Below, piece by piece: positions 21,526 to 31,596 of a stretch of 64,000 nt of DNA. The position numbers and the translations under genes were made by a program. The DNA lies in contig JBJBCN010000002.1 of the NCBI GenBank assembly GCA_047285805.1, positions 608,001 to 672,000 on the forward strand, read 5' to 3'. This stretch comes from Synechococcus sp. GTDB lineage: Bacteria > Cyanobacteriota > Cyanobacteriia > PCC-6307 > Cyanobiaceae. Position 1 is the first letter of the stretch. Each line of letters opens with the position of its first letter. The notes beneath the pieces are model-generated. The model saw only the letters and a list, made by a program, of their open reading frames with translations. It did no database searches and was not told the origin of the DNA.

Positions 21526-21547
21526 AAAGCCCCGCTTTCGCGGGGCT
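21524..21547 (-). terminator. Intrinsic terminator downstream of the tRNA
   Basis: Minus strand AGCCCCGC-GAAA-GCGGGGCT-TTTT. Confidence 0.85.
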
Positions 21548-21555
21548 CAGCAAAA

Positions 21556-21629
21556 TGGCTCGGGGGAGACTTGAACTCCCGACCTTGGGGTTATGAATCC
21601 CACGCTCTAACCAGCTGAGCTACCGAGCC
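21556..21629 (-). tRNA. tRNA-Met (CAT), probably elongator
   Basis: GGCTCGGTAGCTCAGCTGGTTAGAGCGTGGGATTCATAACCCCAAGGTCGGGAGTTCAAGTCTCCCCCGAGCCA folds as a cloverleaf with anticodon CAT; Ile2 not formally excluded. Confidence 0.93.
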
Positions 21630-21683
21630 TAGGTGAGTTGATTGTAGAGGATCACCGGGCCGAAACCCTGTTCGCAGCTGCGA

Positions 21684-22730
21684 TCAGGCCCGTGGAGGCA
21701 GCATTCCAAGCGGATTAACCGCTCCCCGCCCTGCGGGGATGATCTCGAAGTGCAGGTGCGGTCCTGTGCTCCGGCCCGTGCTGCCCATCAGTGAGATCAC
21801 CTTGCCCTGGGCCACGATCTGCCCTGAGCGCACCAAGATCCGACTGTTGTGGCCGTAGCGGGTCAGGGACCCATCGGTGTGGCGGATTTCAACGAGGTAG
21901 CCATAACCGCCGCCGTGCCAGCCAGCGGAGATCACTTGGCCCGATTTCGCGGCGACGATGGGGGTACCTATGTTATTGGCAATGTCGATGCCCCGGTGCA
22001 TCCGCCCCCAGCGCCAGCCATAGCCAGAGGTAAAAATGCCCTTAGTGGGCCAGACCCAAGCGCGGTCGTTGAGGTTTGCACCATCGCCAAAGTTGGGTTG
22101 ATCCGGCCAGCTGAGGCCACCCGAGCCGACGGGTTTGAGACCGAGAACCATCCGGCTCCGACCAGAATTGGCCTGGGCAACACGAATCGGCGTGCCGACC
22201 ACTAGTTGGGCGCCACGGAGACCTGGATTGAGCCTGAGCAACTTCTGGATGCTCAAGTTGTAACGCTGAGCGACCTTGGCGAGGGTGTCGTCGCCTCGCT
22301 TGATCCGCGCAGTGTCGCTGGGCTCTGGCGGAGCCTCCAAGGGGGGATTGCGGCGGAGCTTAGAGGTATCAAAAGCTGAGAACAGCTTGACCTGCTTCAT
22401 GCTGCCGCTGGGCAGGACAATCCACTCGCTGCGGCCAAACACATGGTCCGCTTCAACGTCGTTTAATTCCGAGAGGAGTGACTCTTCTTGCGCGATCTGG
22501 CGTGCCAGATGCTTGAGGGTGATGGCTTGACGTGCCTTGACCCAGATCTTGTCACTACTGGGTTTTGGGGCTGCGGCTGCTATCAGGTCAGCACTGATCG
22601 GGGGTGGTGCGGAGAGTTGGGGGAGTGAAGCTGAGTTGGAATCTGCCAGGGAGGGGGCGACAACAGAGAATGCAGCCCCAAGGGCCGTGGTACTGGCTGC
22701 TGTTGTCAGTAAGAAGTGAACAGGCTTCAT
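21684..22730 (-). CDS. LysM + M23 family peptidoglycan endopeptidase
   Basis: LysM (DTLAKVAQRYNLS), MHRGIDIA, YGHNS, STGPHLHFE. Confidence 0.92.
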   Translation of the reverse strand: MKPVHFLLTTAASTTALGAAFSVVAPSLADSNSASLPQLSAPPPISADLIAAAAPKPSSDKIWVKARQAITLKHLARQIAQEESLLSELNDVEADHVFGRSEWIVLPSGSMKQVKLFSAFDTSKLRRNPPLEAPPEPSDTARIKRGDDTLAKVAQRYNLSIQKLLRLNPGLRGAQLVVGTPIRVAQANSGRSRMVLGLKPVGSGGLSWPDQPNFGDGANLNDRAWVWPTKGIFTSGYGWRWGRMHRGIDIANNIGTPIVAAKSGQVISAGWHGGGYGYLVEIRHTDGSLTRYGHNSRILVRSGQIVAQGKVISLMGSTGRSTGPHLHFEIIPAGRGAVNPLGMLPPRA

Positions 22731-22885
22731 CCAGTTTGCCGAAAGGTCAAAGCCCGGTGGAGAAGCCAACATCCCCCGGACGGCGCGACATTAACGACTG
22801 GCCGGAGTCTGCGCAAGTCGAAATGGTCAAAATCTCAGCCGAACACATCAGGATCTCAGTTTGAGACGAATCGTGCTGCAGGCGT

Positions 22886-23359
22886 TTAGCCCACTTCGAG
22901 TTGTCGAATCGCTTCGAACAGAACCACGCCCACGGCTGTCGCGAGATTCAGACTTCTCACCCCGCCGCCCTGATCGACCGACCCCGCCATGGGGATCAAC
23001 AGGCTTTGGTCGACCTGGCTCAGAAGCTCAGGCGGTAGGCCACTGCTCTCCTGTCCAAACAGCAGCCAATCGTCAGCGCGATAGGCAATGTGGTGGTAAC
23101 GCTCGCTGGCGTGCCGGCTTAAGGCCAGCAGGCGCCCGCCCTGCTGACGGCGAAAGGTCAAAAACGCGTCCCAGTTGGCATGACACGTCAGTTGAACCCA
23201 GGGCCAGTAGTCGAGCCCTGCGCGTTTCAAGGTTCGGTCATCGATCTGAAAACCCAGCGGTTCAATCAGATGAAGCTCTGTACAGGTCGCGGCACAGCTC
23301 CGAGCCACATTCCCTGTATTGGGGGGGATTTCCGGTTGATAGAGCACCACCTTGGGCAT
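22886..23359 (-). CDS. trmL: tRNA (cytidine34-2'-O)-methyltransferase
   Basis: PEIPPNTGN, RAGLDYW, LFGQESSGLP, RSLNLA. Confidence 0.93.
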   Translation of the reverse strand: MPKVVLYQPEIPPNTGNVARSCAATCTELHLIEPLGFQIDDRTLKRAGLDYWPWVQLTCHANWDAFLTFRRQQGGRLLALSRHASERYHHIAYRADDWLLFGQESSGLPPELLSQVDQSLLIPMAGSVDQGGGVRSLNLATAVGVVLFEAIRQLEVG

Positions 23360-23364
23360 GAGGA

Positions 23365-23946
23365 TCAACCAGGGACAGGAATTCCAAGCTCATGGAGGTT
23401 GAGCGCTCGACCGTTCACCACAAGCCAAGACTCGCGACTGATGGCATTCAAACGTTGTTGCAGCGCGCCCATCCTGTCGCGGAAGAGCCCGCCAATGGCC
23501 GTTGGCGGCACCACCCCCCAGCCGACCTCTTCCATGACAAGCACGACGGGCTCACCTTGGTTGGCGAGTTGATCCAGCAGGGCCGCCGACCGGATCCGCC
23601 ACTGTTCCGGGCCGTCGTCAAGGTGTTGAGCGAGCCAGGTTCCCAGTGCATCGACGAGTAGGAGGCGGGCGCGTCCGGGCTCCATGGACTGGTTCAGACC
23701 GGCGAGGGCCTCGGTCAACGCCGCGCCCACCTCAAGGGTCTGCCAGGTCTCCGGGCGACGCTCTCTATGGGCTTGCACCCGTTGGGACCAGCTGCCGTCT
23801 TCGCTGGGGGGCTCACCCGTGGCGAGATAGAGGACCGATCCCATGTGTTGAGCCGCAAGATGTTCCGCCCAACGGCTTTTGCCGCTGCGGCTTGGTCCTG
23901 TGACCAGAATCAGGCCTGCAGCAGGGTTGGCTTCAACCGCCACCAT
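23365..23946 (-). CDS. cobU: Adenosylcobinamide kinase / phosphate guanylyltransferase
   Basis: GPSRSGKSRWAE, HRERRP, EEVGWGVVP, FRDRMG. Confidence 0.92.
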   Translation of the reverse strand: MVAVEANPAAGLILVTGPSRSGKSRWAEHLAAQHMGSVLYLATGEPPSEDGSWSQRVQAHRERRPETWQTLEVGAALTEALAGLNQSMEPGRARLLLVDALGTWLAQHLDDGPEQWRIRSAALLDQLANQGEPVVLVMEEVGWGVVPPTAIGGLFRDRMGALQQRLNAISRESWLVVNGRALNLHELGIPVPG

Positions 23947-25078
23947 TCATATTCTTGAGGGTGGCCACAGCGGATGGCGAGACGCGGTTGAGATAGCGGA
24001 AGATCCAGTACTTGAAGATCGTGGCCAAGACCACCGGGAAGGTGGCAATGAATAACAGGATGAAGTTCTCCTCCGCCGGCAAGCCCAGGTGATGGGCGAT
24101 CCCGTCCAAGAGCACCGTCCAGCCTTCTGGGCTGTGGAAGCCAACAAAGATGTCCGTAAAGAGGATGATCGCGAAGGCTTTGGCGCTGTCGCTTAAGCCG
24201 TAAACGGCCTCATCGAGGAAGCCGCGAAGCACCTGTAGGTCCCGACTACAGAACAGGCAGACCAGGATGAAGCCCACCAGCGCTGCGAGGTCGGCCAGGA
24301 CATTCTTCGAGGCCTCCATGCTCTCGGCATCGGCCTCATCCTTGAGGGCATTCGCCCGCCGAGCCAACGCGGATTGAATTTCCTCGGGTGAAGGGGGCTG
24401 TTTGCCTTCCAGGAGCGCTTCAAATTCCAATTCCTGCTGGTAGAGACGCAAATTGGTGACGGCCTTTTCCTGCAGGTGGGGTTTCGTGTAATTAAGGAAG
24501 GGAATGTCTGGCGCATAGCGATCCATCAAGGGTGAGATCAACAGGCTTCGGCTGGTCTGCTGAATCACCAGTGGCACCAGGATGAGCAGCAGAAGCACCC
24601 TCAGGGAAACGAGGGTGGAATCGCGACGACGACGAAAACCGGCGACGACCGATGCTTCGGCTTTCGGGTCCAGTTGACGGCGTACTCCGTCGAACATGCC
24701 GAGCAGACTGCGCGGCAGCATCTCCGGCGAGCGCGACATCGAGGGCGAGCTCGATCGGACCCGTCCGTAGCGGGAGACGACGCTTTCCACCAGCTGCAGT
24801 TGCCTCAGCTCCTGGCTGTCGAGCTCAGCGCGTTTGGGTGCTACATCAGCGAGGTTCTGCTGGGCTACCTGCAGGGCGGCACGGAAGCGCCGGAGCATCA
24901 GGGCCTTCGCGGACTTGGGAATGCTCAGCTCGAGCTCGGGCCTGACCGGTCTGTCGTTGTAGTACTCAAGCTCGAGGCTCTGGATCAGCAGAGCGGCTTC
25001 ATAGGCCTGCTCCAGGTTGTTGCTCAGATCGTGGGAACTGGCCCGGTCAAAGCTTCCAATCCAGTCGGTCAACCCCAT
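23933..25078 (-). CDS. pxcA: Proton extrusion protein PxcA (CemA)
   Basis: YGLSDSAKAFAIILFTDIFVGFHSPEGW, FKYWIFRYLNRVSPS. Confidence 0.93.
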   Translation of the reverse strand: MGLTDWIGSFDRASSHDLSNNLEQAYEAALLIQSLELEYYNDRPVRPELELSIPKSAKALMLRRFRAALQVAQQNLADVAPKRAELDSQELRQLQLVESVVSRYGRVRSSSPSMSRSPEMLPRSLLGMFDGVRRQLDPKAEASVVAGFRRRRDSTLVSLRVLLLLILVPLVIQQTSRSLLISPLMDRYAPDIPFLNYTKPHLQEKAVTNLRLYQQELEFEALLEGKQPPSPEEIQSALARRANALKDEADAESMEASKNVLADLAALVGFILVCLFCSRDLQVLRGFLDEAVYGLSDSAKAFAIILFTDIFVGFHSPEGWTVLLDGIAHHLGLPAEENFILLFIATFPVVLATIFKYWIFRYLNRVSPSAVATLKNMNGGG

Positions 25079-25085
25079 GGATGCC

Positions 25086-25793
25086 TCAGCGGGAGAAGAC
25101 CCACCAGGTGATCATTGGCACCAGAGTGCCAACGACAAGCAAAACGACAACCCAAAGGAAGGCGTTGCTGGAGGCGGTTTCTTCCTTCGTTGGTACGTTG
25201 GTCTCTACGGGAATCCGCTCAACCAGCTGCGGCGGGCCGGGGTCTTCGCCGCCCTGAAGCACGACCTCGAGGCGACCCAAGGCATCGAGGCTGGCCTGGC
25301 GGTAGCGGGAGCCCTCGCGCAGAGGCAAGCCCATCGTGCTGATTGCCGTGCTGGAAAGAAGGCTGGCTGGCAGTTGCTCCAGCAGATCAGCGCTTGCCAC
25401 AATCGCAGCACTGTTGTTTTGAGCTTCAATCAGGAGGAGGAGCATGCCTTCCCGGCTGTTCTCCTCGTGCCATTGCTGCAGCAATTCGTCTCCGAGGGTG
25501 TCCAGGCTGAGACCGTAATCCAGGCGCCGAAGGGTCACCAATCGGGCATCCACCCCCAAGTCAGAAAACTGCTCGAGGCGCTGGTTGACATCACCGCTGG
25601 CGGCGCGGCTCAGCAATTCGGCGCTGTCAAGCACATAGCCGCTGGGGCTCTGGGAGGGGAAATCGGCCGCTCCAGTGGCAAGGGCAGCGGGGGGCGCAAT
25701 GAGCCCGGCGATAGCCAAAGTGGCAACCATCACCAAAGACCAGAGCTTGCTGCGAAGGGAATGACGCACCAGCGAACGCTTAAACCTGGGCAC
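25086..25793 (-). CDS. psb32: Photosystem II repair protein Psb32 (TPM domain)
   Basis: VLDSAELLS, VTLRRLDYG, DPGPP, C-terminal TM ending VPMITWW. Confidence 0.85.
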   Translation of the reverse strand: MPRFKRSLVRHSLRSKLWSLVMVATLAIAGLIAPPAALATGAADFPSQSPSGYVLDSAELLSRAASGDVNQRLEQFSDLGVDARLVTLRRLDYGLSLDTLGDELLQQWHEENSREGMLLLLIEAQNNSAAIVASADLLEQLPASLLSSTAISTMGLPLREGSRYRQASLDALGRLEVVLQGGEDPGPPQLVERIPVETNVPTKEETASSNAFLWVVVLLVVGTLVPMITWWVFSR

Positions 25794-25802
25794 AGTCTGC
25801 CG

Positions 25803-26228
25803 TTAGCTGGCCAGGCTGTCGCGGTGCAGCAGGGAGATCACCTCCAGGATTGATGCACTCCGAATCGCATCCAGTCCAAAGGCTTCCTGCAACTGAGCCA
25901 AAAAGCTCAGCTCCGATTGGGTCTCGATGTGGTCGGCGTGGATCAAATGGGCTGCTACAGCCAACGCTGTCTCCCGTTGTTCGACGGAGAGGAGAGAAGT
26001 GGCCTGCTTCACCAACGCATTACAACTGCTTTTCCGCAATTGGACCAAAACCCGATCCAGCAGGTCCCCCATCTCCCGGTCACTGAAACGACGGAAGGGT
26101 TGACGGAATTCAAGTTGTTGGCGCAGTGCTCTGGCCTCGACGGCGCTGAGCTCACCATCGGCGGCGATGGCGGCGAGGGCGATGGCGGCAAAAGCGTCGG
26201 CGGCTGAGGTGAGTTGGCTCTGGCCCAT
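25803..26228 (-). CDS. TerB family tellurite-resistance-like protein
   Basis: AAIAADGELSAVE ... HLIHADHIETQSELSFL; start uncertain. Confidence 0.8.
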   Translation of the reverse strand: MGQSQLTSAADAFAAIALAAIAADGELSAVEARALRQQLEFRQPFRRFSDREMGDLLDRVLVQLRKSSCNALVKQATSLLSVEQRETALAVAAHLIHADHIETQSELSFLAQLQEAFGLDAIRSASILEVISLLHRDSLAS

Positions 26229-26325
26229 GGACGCGGCAGGAATCAAGACCATTTGAGCTAGGTACGCGCCCAAGTCGAGGCGGTTGTGTGCCTGTGACAA
26301 CGTGAGCAGAGTTCCCCAATGCCCC

Positions 26326-26988
26326 TTGCCACTCCCAGCTCGTATCTCTCTGGCTTCGGGTGTGCTTGGCCTCCTGCTTTGTGTGGGCAATCAACTCTCT
26401 GCCCCTGAGCTGAGTCCGGCCCTGCAGCGCGCTGGTGTCTTAGGTAGCTTGCTAGCCGTCGGCTTGATGCTCGTCTCGACTCTCTGGACACGAGCCGTTC
26501 CCGTCGCTCCTGAACGGGTGTCCCTGGAGGGTGAACAAGGCCTGGAATTCGCCCCCGGCCTGTCTGAATCACTCCGCCAGGAGTTGGGCTGGGGGAGTCA
26601 GATGCTCCTGACCGCGACCCCTGCAGGCTCAGTCATGCTCCTCTGGCGCGGGAAGGTTCTTCTCCGTCGCGGCGTCTTGGCGGACGTCCCCTTCCAACCG
26701 GGCCCCATCAGTGAGCGGGCGTGGAGCAGTCAAAAGGCGATCAATTTGGTCAATCTCGCCCTCTATCCCGGACGCCAAGAATTCAGAGGACTTCCCGAAA
26801 ACGCGCCCGCCGTGATCGTTCAACCGATTGGCGAAACGGGATTACTGCTGTTGGCGGGTTGGTCTCCCCGTTGTTTCACCCGCAGTGATGAAACCTGGAT
26901 CGAGGGCTGGAGCCAGAAGCTCAGAACGCTATTGGAGCTTGAGAGCGTTTCGTCTCACCTCCCCCCTGGCCCTTCGGCGGAAGCGTGA
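26326..26988 (+). CDS. Cofactor assembly of complex C subunit B (CCB2/CCB4 family)
   Basis: Two N-terminal TMs, LVNLALYPGRQEF, VIVQPIG; likely TTG start (MPLPARIS). Confidence 0.8.
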   Translation: MPLPARISLASGVLGLLLCVGNQLSAPELSPALQRAGVLGSLLAVGLMLVSTLWTRAVPVAPERVSLEGEQGLEFAPGLSESLRQELGWGSQMLLTATPAGSVMLLWRGKVLLRRGVLADVPFQPGPISERAWSSQKAINLVNLALYPGRQEFRGLPENAPAVIVQPIGETGLLLLAGWSPRCFTRSDETWIEGWSQKLRTLLELESVSSHLPPGPSAEA

Positions 26989-28132
26989 AGCGTGAGTTCA
27001 CCCGGTCCCCGGGAGAGCTGAAGACCGCGGTGCCGTCATCGCCAATTTTCCCTTCAAGCCTCTTGGCGCGGGTTACCTGTTTGTAGGTGTCGCGCTTCAG
27101 CACGACCTGATGCACAGCTTCAAAGCGTCCGGTGGACCAATTCCAGAGGCAACGGGTCGCCGTGAGCCGCTCACCGGGCTGCTGCAGCTCACAACCGCGG
27201 GAGACCTTGACGTCACTCTTTTCAAGATCAATCGCAAAGCGATCACCCTTGGCCTTGAGGGCATTGAACTGCCCTGTAAAGGGCTTGTCGCTGCTCAGTT
27301 GTTGGTCATTGATCGCCCAGCGCGTCTGCTGAGCATCCAGCCAACCCTTGCCATCCGATCGGCGCAGCCTCACGGGCGCTACGAGGTCGACATACCCCTC
27401 CCTCAAGTTGCCCCTGAGGCCCTGGGCGGTAAGCACCAGGCTGGGAGTCGAAGTCTCTCTTTTTGGATGTTTGGCAGGCTCAGTCGGCTCAAACCGTTCG
27501 CCCCGGACAACCGCAGGCGCCTTTAGATCACCCTGTTCGGGTTTCCAATCGACCCATTGGGCTTTGACTTTGAGGGGAAGTGGGGCGGGCTCCTTGGCGT
27601 TGGCTTTTGTCTGGCGTCCGTCCTGCCAATGCTCCAGCACGGGAGCCCCCCGCAGTTCAATGAGATCGCGTTTGATGAAGTACTGGGCTGTCTCCGCGCT
27701 GATGCGTGAACGACGGTCCAGAGCGACGGGCCGCTGGTCGATCACCATCAGCTCCTCGCGGGGCAACCAGCGGGCCGTATCTCCGGTGATTTCAACCGGT
27801 TCCTTGCCCAGGAGAGTGATGAGAACAGCCCCCTCGAGCTGAATAGCCTGTCCATCACCAATCACCGTGCCCCGTTGGGCCGCAATCAAAATGGTGGGTT
27901 GACCGCGTCGAAAGACGGTGCCGCGGGGGTTCAAGGCCTTGGCGAGTTTGCGCTGGATGTCATAACGGGCCTCGGGGCTCTTCAGTTCCCAGGCGGGAGC
28001 TCCCTTAGGATCTTGCTGGCGTAGGTCCAATGCACGGAAGGCGAACGGTTGGGCTGTTTGCCTTCCGGCCGTTGAGCAGCCCAGTAGGAGCAGGCCAGCG
28101 GCAAGCCAGAGCAATCGAGGCGTATGTGCCAT
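26921..28132 (-). CDS. lptC: LPS export periplasmic protein LptC-like lipoprotein
   Basis: Lipobox LLGC, FRALDLRQQDPKG..WELKSPEARY, beta-rich repeats. Confidence 0.75.
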   Translation of the reverse strand: MAHTPRLLWLAAGLLLLGCSTAGRQTAQPFAFRALDLRQQDPKGAPAWELKSPEARYDIQRKLAKALNPRGTVFRRGQPTILIAAQRGTVIGDGQAIQLEGAVLITLLGKEPVEITGDTARWLPREELMVIDQRPVALDRRSRISAETAQYFIKRDLIELRGAPVLEHWQDGRQTKANAKEPAPLPLKVKAQWVDWKPEQGDLKAPAVVRGERFEPTEPAKHPKRETSTPSLVLTAQGLRGNLREGYVDLVAPVRLRRSDGKGWLDAQQTRWAINDQQLSSDKPFTGQFNALKAKGDRFAIDLEKSDVKVSRGCELQQPGERLTATRCLWNWSTGRFEAVHQVVLKRDTYKQVTRAKRLEGKIGDDGTAVFSSPGDRVNSRFTLPPKGQGGGETKRSQAPIAF

Positions 28133-29700
28133 CAGAGTGGTGCCTCTAGCTCGAGGCGTGCCATCACCGGTGAGGGTTCAGGCAACGGGGCAGCGCAAGC
28201 GAGACCGCCCCAGTTCAACTGCTCTAGCCAGGTGGAGCTGACTACGGCATCGGCGCTTGAGTCAGCGACCTGTTGCCCGAGTTGAACCAGCATCCGAGCG
28301 GAGAGATCCGGTAACAGAGGTGCCATCAGCAAGGCCACCAGACGCGCGGCCTCAAGAACGGCGTACAGATCATCGGCTACTTGTTCGCGGGTGCCTTCCT
28401 TTTTCATCAGGCTCCAGGGGGCCTGATCATTGAGATAGCCGTTGGCGGCAATCGCCAGTTGAAGGGCCGCCTCTGCAGCGGCGCGGAACTCGAGGTTCTC
28501 TAGCGCTGTCAGGCTAGTGGCCTTGGCATCTGCAGCGGCTTTGGCAAGGGGGTGTTCGCTGGTCTTCGCTTGGCTGGCGGGAGGCACCGCCTCATCGAAC
28601 CAGCGGCGCGCCATAGAGCTAGTGCGATTCAGCAGGTTGCCAATGGTGTTGGCCAGATCGTTGTTGACCAGATCGCTGAAGCGCTGCTGCTGAAAATCGC
28701 CGTCATCGCCAAAAGGGATATCCCGCAGCAGGTACCAGCGAACCGGGTCACGGCCGCAGCGCTCGAGCAGTTCGGCGGGGTCAAGGACATTGCCCAGGGA
28801 CTTGCCCATTTTTTGGCCTTCCCTGGTCAGGAAGCCGTGCCCAAAAACCTTGGCGGGAAGGGGAAGGCCAGCCGACAGAAGCATCGCTGGCCAGTAGACG
28901 GCATGGAAGCGCAGGATATCTTTGCCGATCACATGGACCGACGCAGGCCAGCCCCGGCTCAGGGCTGTTTCCAGGTCGGGGGCATCGCTGTCTTCGAGCA
29001 GCGCGGTGATGTAACCGAGCAAGGCATCGAACCAGACGTAGAAGGTGTGCCCGTCGTGGCCTGGAACGGGGATCCCCCAGGGCAGATTGATCCGTGAAAT
29101 GGAGAAGTCGCGGAGGCCCTGCTTGACGAAGTTCTCGACCTCGCGCCGGCGACTGGCAGGTTGGATAAAACCAGGCTGGGAGATCAGGGCTTCGATCTGC
29201 TCCTGGTAGCGAGATAGACGGAAGAAAAGGTTGACTTCATCGCGCCACTCCAGGCCCTTGCGGTGGATCGGACATTCCGGATCCTGGGCCTCATGGGGGT
29301 CGTCCTTGAACTCTTCACACGCGACGCAATACCAGCCCTGTTGACGCCCCTCAACAATGTCACCGTTGGCCTCGACCCTGGCAAAAAACTGCTGAACGAT
29401 CCGCTCATGCCGTGGATCGGTGGTGCGGATCAACCGGTTATTGCTTATTTGCCAGCGATCCCAAAGCTCGCGGTACTGGGCGCTCACTACATCGCAGTGG
29501 GCCTGGGGGCTGAGGCCGCCAGCCTCGGCTGTGCGTTGAATCTTTTGGCCGTGCTCATCACAGCCGGTGATGAACAGCACCTCCTCACCTTTGAGCCTCT
29601 GGAACCGGGCCAGGGCATCACAGGCCAGGGTCGTGTACGCACTCCCCAAGTGAGGCTTGTCGTTTACGTAATAGAGGGGGGTGGTGAGGGTGTAAGTCAT
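28132..29700 (-). CDS. metG: Methionine--tRNA ligase
   Basis: PHLGSAY (HIGH), DEHGQKI, YVWFDAL, KMGKS (KMSKS). Confidence 0.97.
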   Translation of the reverse strand: MTYTLTTPLYYVNDKPHLGSAYTTLACDALARFQRLKGEEVLFITGCDEHGQKIQRTAEAGGLSPQAHCDVVSAQYRELWDRWQISNNRLIRTTDPRHERIVQQFFARVEANGDIVEGRQQGWYCVACEEFKDDPHEAQDPECPIHRKGLEWRDEVNLFFRLSRYQEQIEALISQPGFIQPASRRREVENFVKQGLRDFSISRINLPWGIPVPGHDGHTFYVWFDALLGYITALLEDSDAPDLETALSRGWPASVHVIGKDILRFHAVYWPAMLLSAGLPLPAKVFGHGFLTREGQKMGKSLGNVLDPAELLERCGRDPVRWYLLRDIPFGDDGDFQQQRFSDLVNNDLANTIGNLLNRTSSMARRWFDEAVPPASQAKTSEHPLAKAAADAKATSLTALENLEFRAAAEAALQLAIAANGYLNDQAPWSLMKKEGTREQVADDLYAVLEAARLVALLMAPLLPDLSARMLVQLGQQVADSSADAVVSSTWLEQLNWGGLACAAPLPEPSPVMARLELEAPL

Positions 29701-29757
29701 CGGCGGGATCCTAGGCAGCCCTTCCCCTTCGCGCCTTCAGTTGCGACCCTGAGCTGA

Positions 29758-31593
29758 GTGCTCAGCCCATCCATGCCGGCCCACAGCGAATCCGCCCCGG
29801 TGGTGGTCTGGGCTGGCGGCACGGGAGGTGTCGCTGCTGCGATCCAATCGGCTCGCTCAGGGGCGTACACCGTTCTATTAACCCCTGGCCCTTGGCTTGG
29901 TGGCATGGTCAGCTCCGCGGGGGTGTGCTGCCCTGATGGCAATGAGCTCAGTCCCTGGCAGACGGGGCTTTGGGGTGCCTTTCTGAGGGGCCTGGCTGAG
30001 GCGGAACCCGGTGGTTTGGACCAGAACTGGGTGAGCTGTTTTGGCTTTCGACCGGCCCAGGCCGAAGCGTTGCTACAGGGATGGGTTTCTGCCCTCCCCA
30101 ATTTGTGCTGGCTCTCCGACTGCCGAGTGGTTGCGGTGGAGCGCTCGGAGCGCCTAGTCCACGCCCTGAGATATGAGCAGAACGGACAGAGCCAGAGGCT
30201 CGCCTGTAGTGTTCTGATCGACGGTAGTGATCGTGGCGATCTGCTACCGCTCTTGGACCTCCCCTTTCGCTGGGGCTGGGAAGAGCAGGAGCTCTGGAAT
30301 GAGCCCAGCGCCCCTAGTGCGGCACGGATCAGGTCGGAGTCTTTTTTCCAAAACCAACCGGTTCAGTCGCCGACCTGGGTGGTGATGGGCCAGCTGACGA
30401 GCGTCGCTCCGCCGCGGCAACTGCCCGAGAAACCCTTATTGCCTTCGCCGTTTGAACTGGCCTGCCAGAGCTTTGGCCTGGGCCAAACCCTCACCTATGG
30501 CCGTTTGCCAGGCGGCTTGGTGATGCTCAATTGGCCGCTCCATGGCAACGACTGGCATCACGGGCTCGAGCGTGGGTTTGGCGCCGAGGGAACAGCCGAG
30601 CCAGGGCTTTTTCGCGAGATGCAGGAGCACAGCCATCGCTTTGCAGAGGCACTCATCGAGGTCTCCAACGGTTGGCTTTCCCTTGGACAGGCCTTCCCAA
30701 GCGACTCCGGCAGTCCGGGACCCTCCTTAGCGGCCATGCCCTATTGGAGGGAGGGGCGGCGTTTGATCGGACGTCAGACCGTCATCGAACAGGACATCCT
30801 TCCGCCTCAATCGGGCCGTGGCATCGCACCACTTCCTGTCGATGAAGCAGGCCGTCTGACATCGATTGCCGTTGGGAACTACGCCAACGATCACCACTAT
30901 CCCGGCGGCGATTGGACGCTGGCGCCAAAGAGCTGCCACTGGGGTGGTCGCTGGTCGGGGACGCCCTTCTGCATTCCCTATGGCGCTCTCATCAGCGCCG
31001 ATCTCGACAACGTTTTGGCGGCCGACAAGGCCTTCAGCACGTCCCACATGGCCAATGGGGCGACCCGACTCCAGCCGTTGATCTTCAACGTCGGTCAAGC
31101 CGCTGGCGCTGCAGCGGCACTATCCGTGGAGTTGGGCCAACCTCCGGCCGATCTGCCGGTCGCGCTCTTGCAGGAGCACCTGATTGCTGACCCCATTGCA
31201 CCGGCCGGAGTTGTGCCTCTGTGGGATACACCATGGAATGAACCGAATTGGGCTATACGTCAGCGAGCCGCTCTCCAGGATCCGACGCTTCTGTCAGATA
31301 GTGGTTGTTGGATGGGAGGTAAAACAGAGCCATCGTTGCTGCTAGGGCCCTCCAGCTCGCCCCTGGATCGAGCACAGCAACGTCTACTTGGAAAGGTCGT
31401 GCCGTTGGAGGACGACGCCTATGTGATGGAACTGGAGCGGCCCCAGTTAGGTCTGCAGTGTTGGCCCCTCATCACCTTAGAGCCCGCTGTCGATGAATGG
31501 CTCCGGAGCTTGGATCAGCCCATAAGCATGGAGATCCTGGGCTGCTTCAACCCCTGGGGCCCTTGGCTGCGCGTCTCGGCGGTCTTGCCCTAA
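29758..31593 (+). CDS. FAD-dependent oxidoreductase
   Basis: N-terminal Rossmann-like motif, YWREGRR, SHMANGATRLQP. Confidence 0.88.
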   Translation: MLSPSMPAHSESAPVVVWAGGTGGVAAAIQSARSGAYTVLLTPGPWLGGMVSSAGVCCPDGNELSPWQTGLWGAFLRGLAEAEPGGLDQNWVSCFGFRPAQAEALLQGWVSALPNLCWLSDCRVVAVERSERLVHALRYEQNGQSQRLACSVLIDGSDRGDLLPLLDLPFRWGWEEQELWNEPSAPSAARIRSESFFQNQPVQSPTWVVMGQLTSVAPPRQLPEKPLLPSPFELACQSFGLGQTLTYGRLPGGLVMLNWPLHGNDWHHGLERGFGAEGTAEPGLFREMQEHSHRFAEALIEVSNGWLSLGQAFPSDSGSPGPSLAAMPYWREGRRLIGRQTVIEQDILPPQSGRGIAPLPVDEAGRLTSIAVGNYANDHHYPGGDWTLAPKSCHWGGRWSGTPFCIPYGALISADLDNVLAADKAFSTSHMANGATRLQPLIFNVGQAAGAAAALSVELGQPPADLPVALLQEHLIADPIAPAGVVPLWDTPWNEPNWAIRQRAALQDPTLLSDSGCWMGGKTEPSLLLGPSSSPLDRAQQRLLGKVVPLEDDAYVMELERPQLGLQCWPLITLEPAVDEWLRSLDQPISMEILGCFNPWGPWLRVSAVLP

Positions 31594-31596
31594 GTC

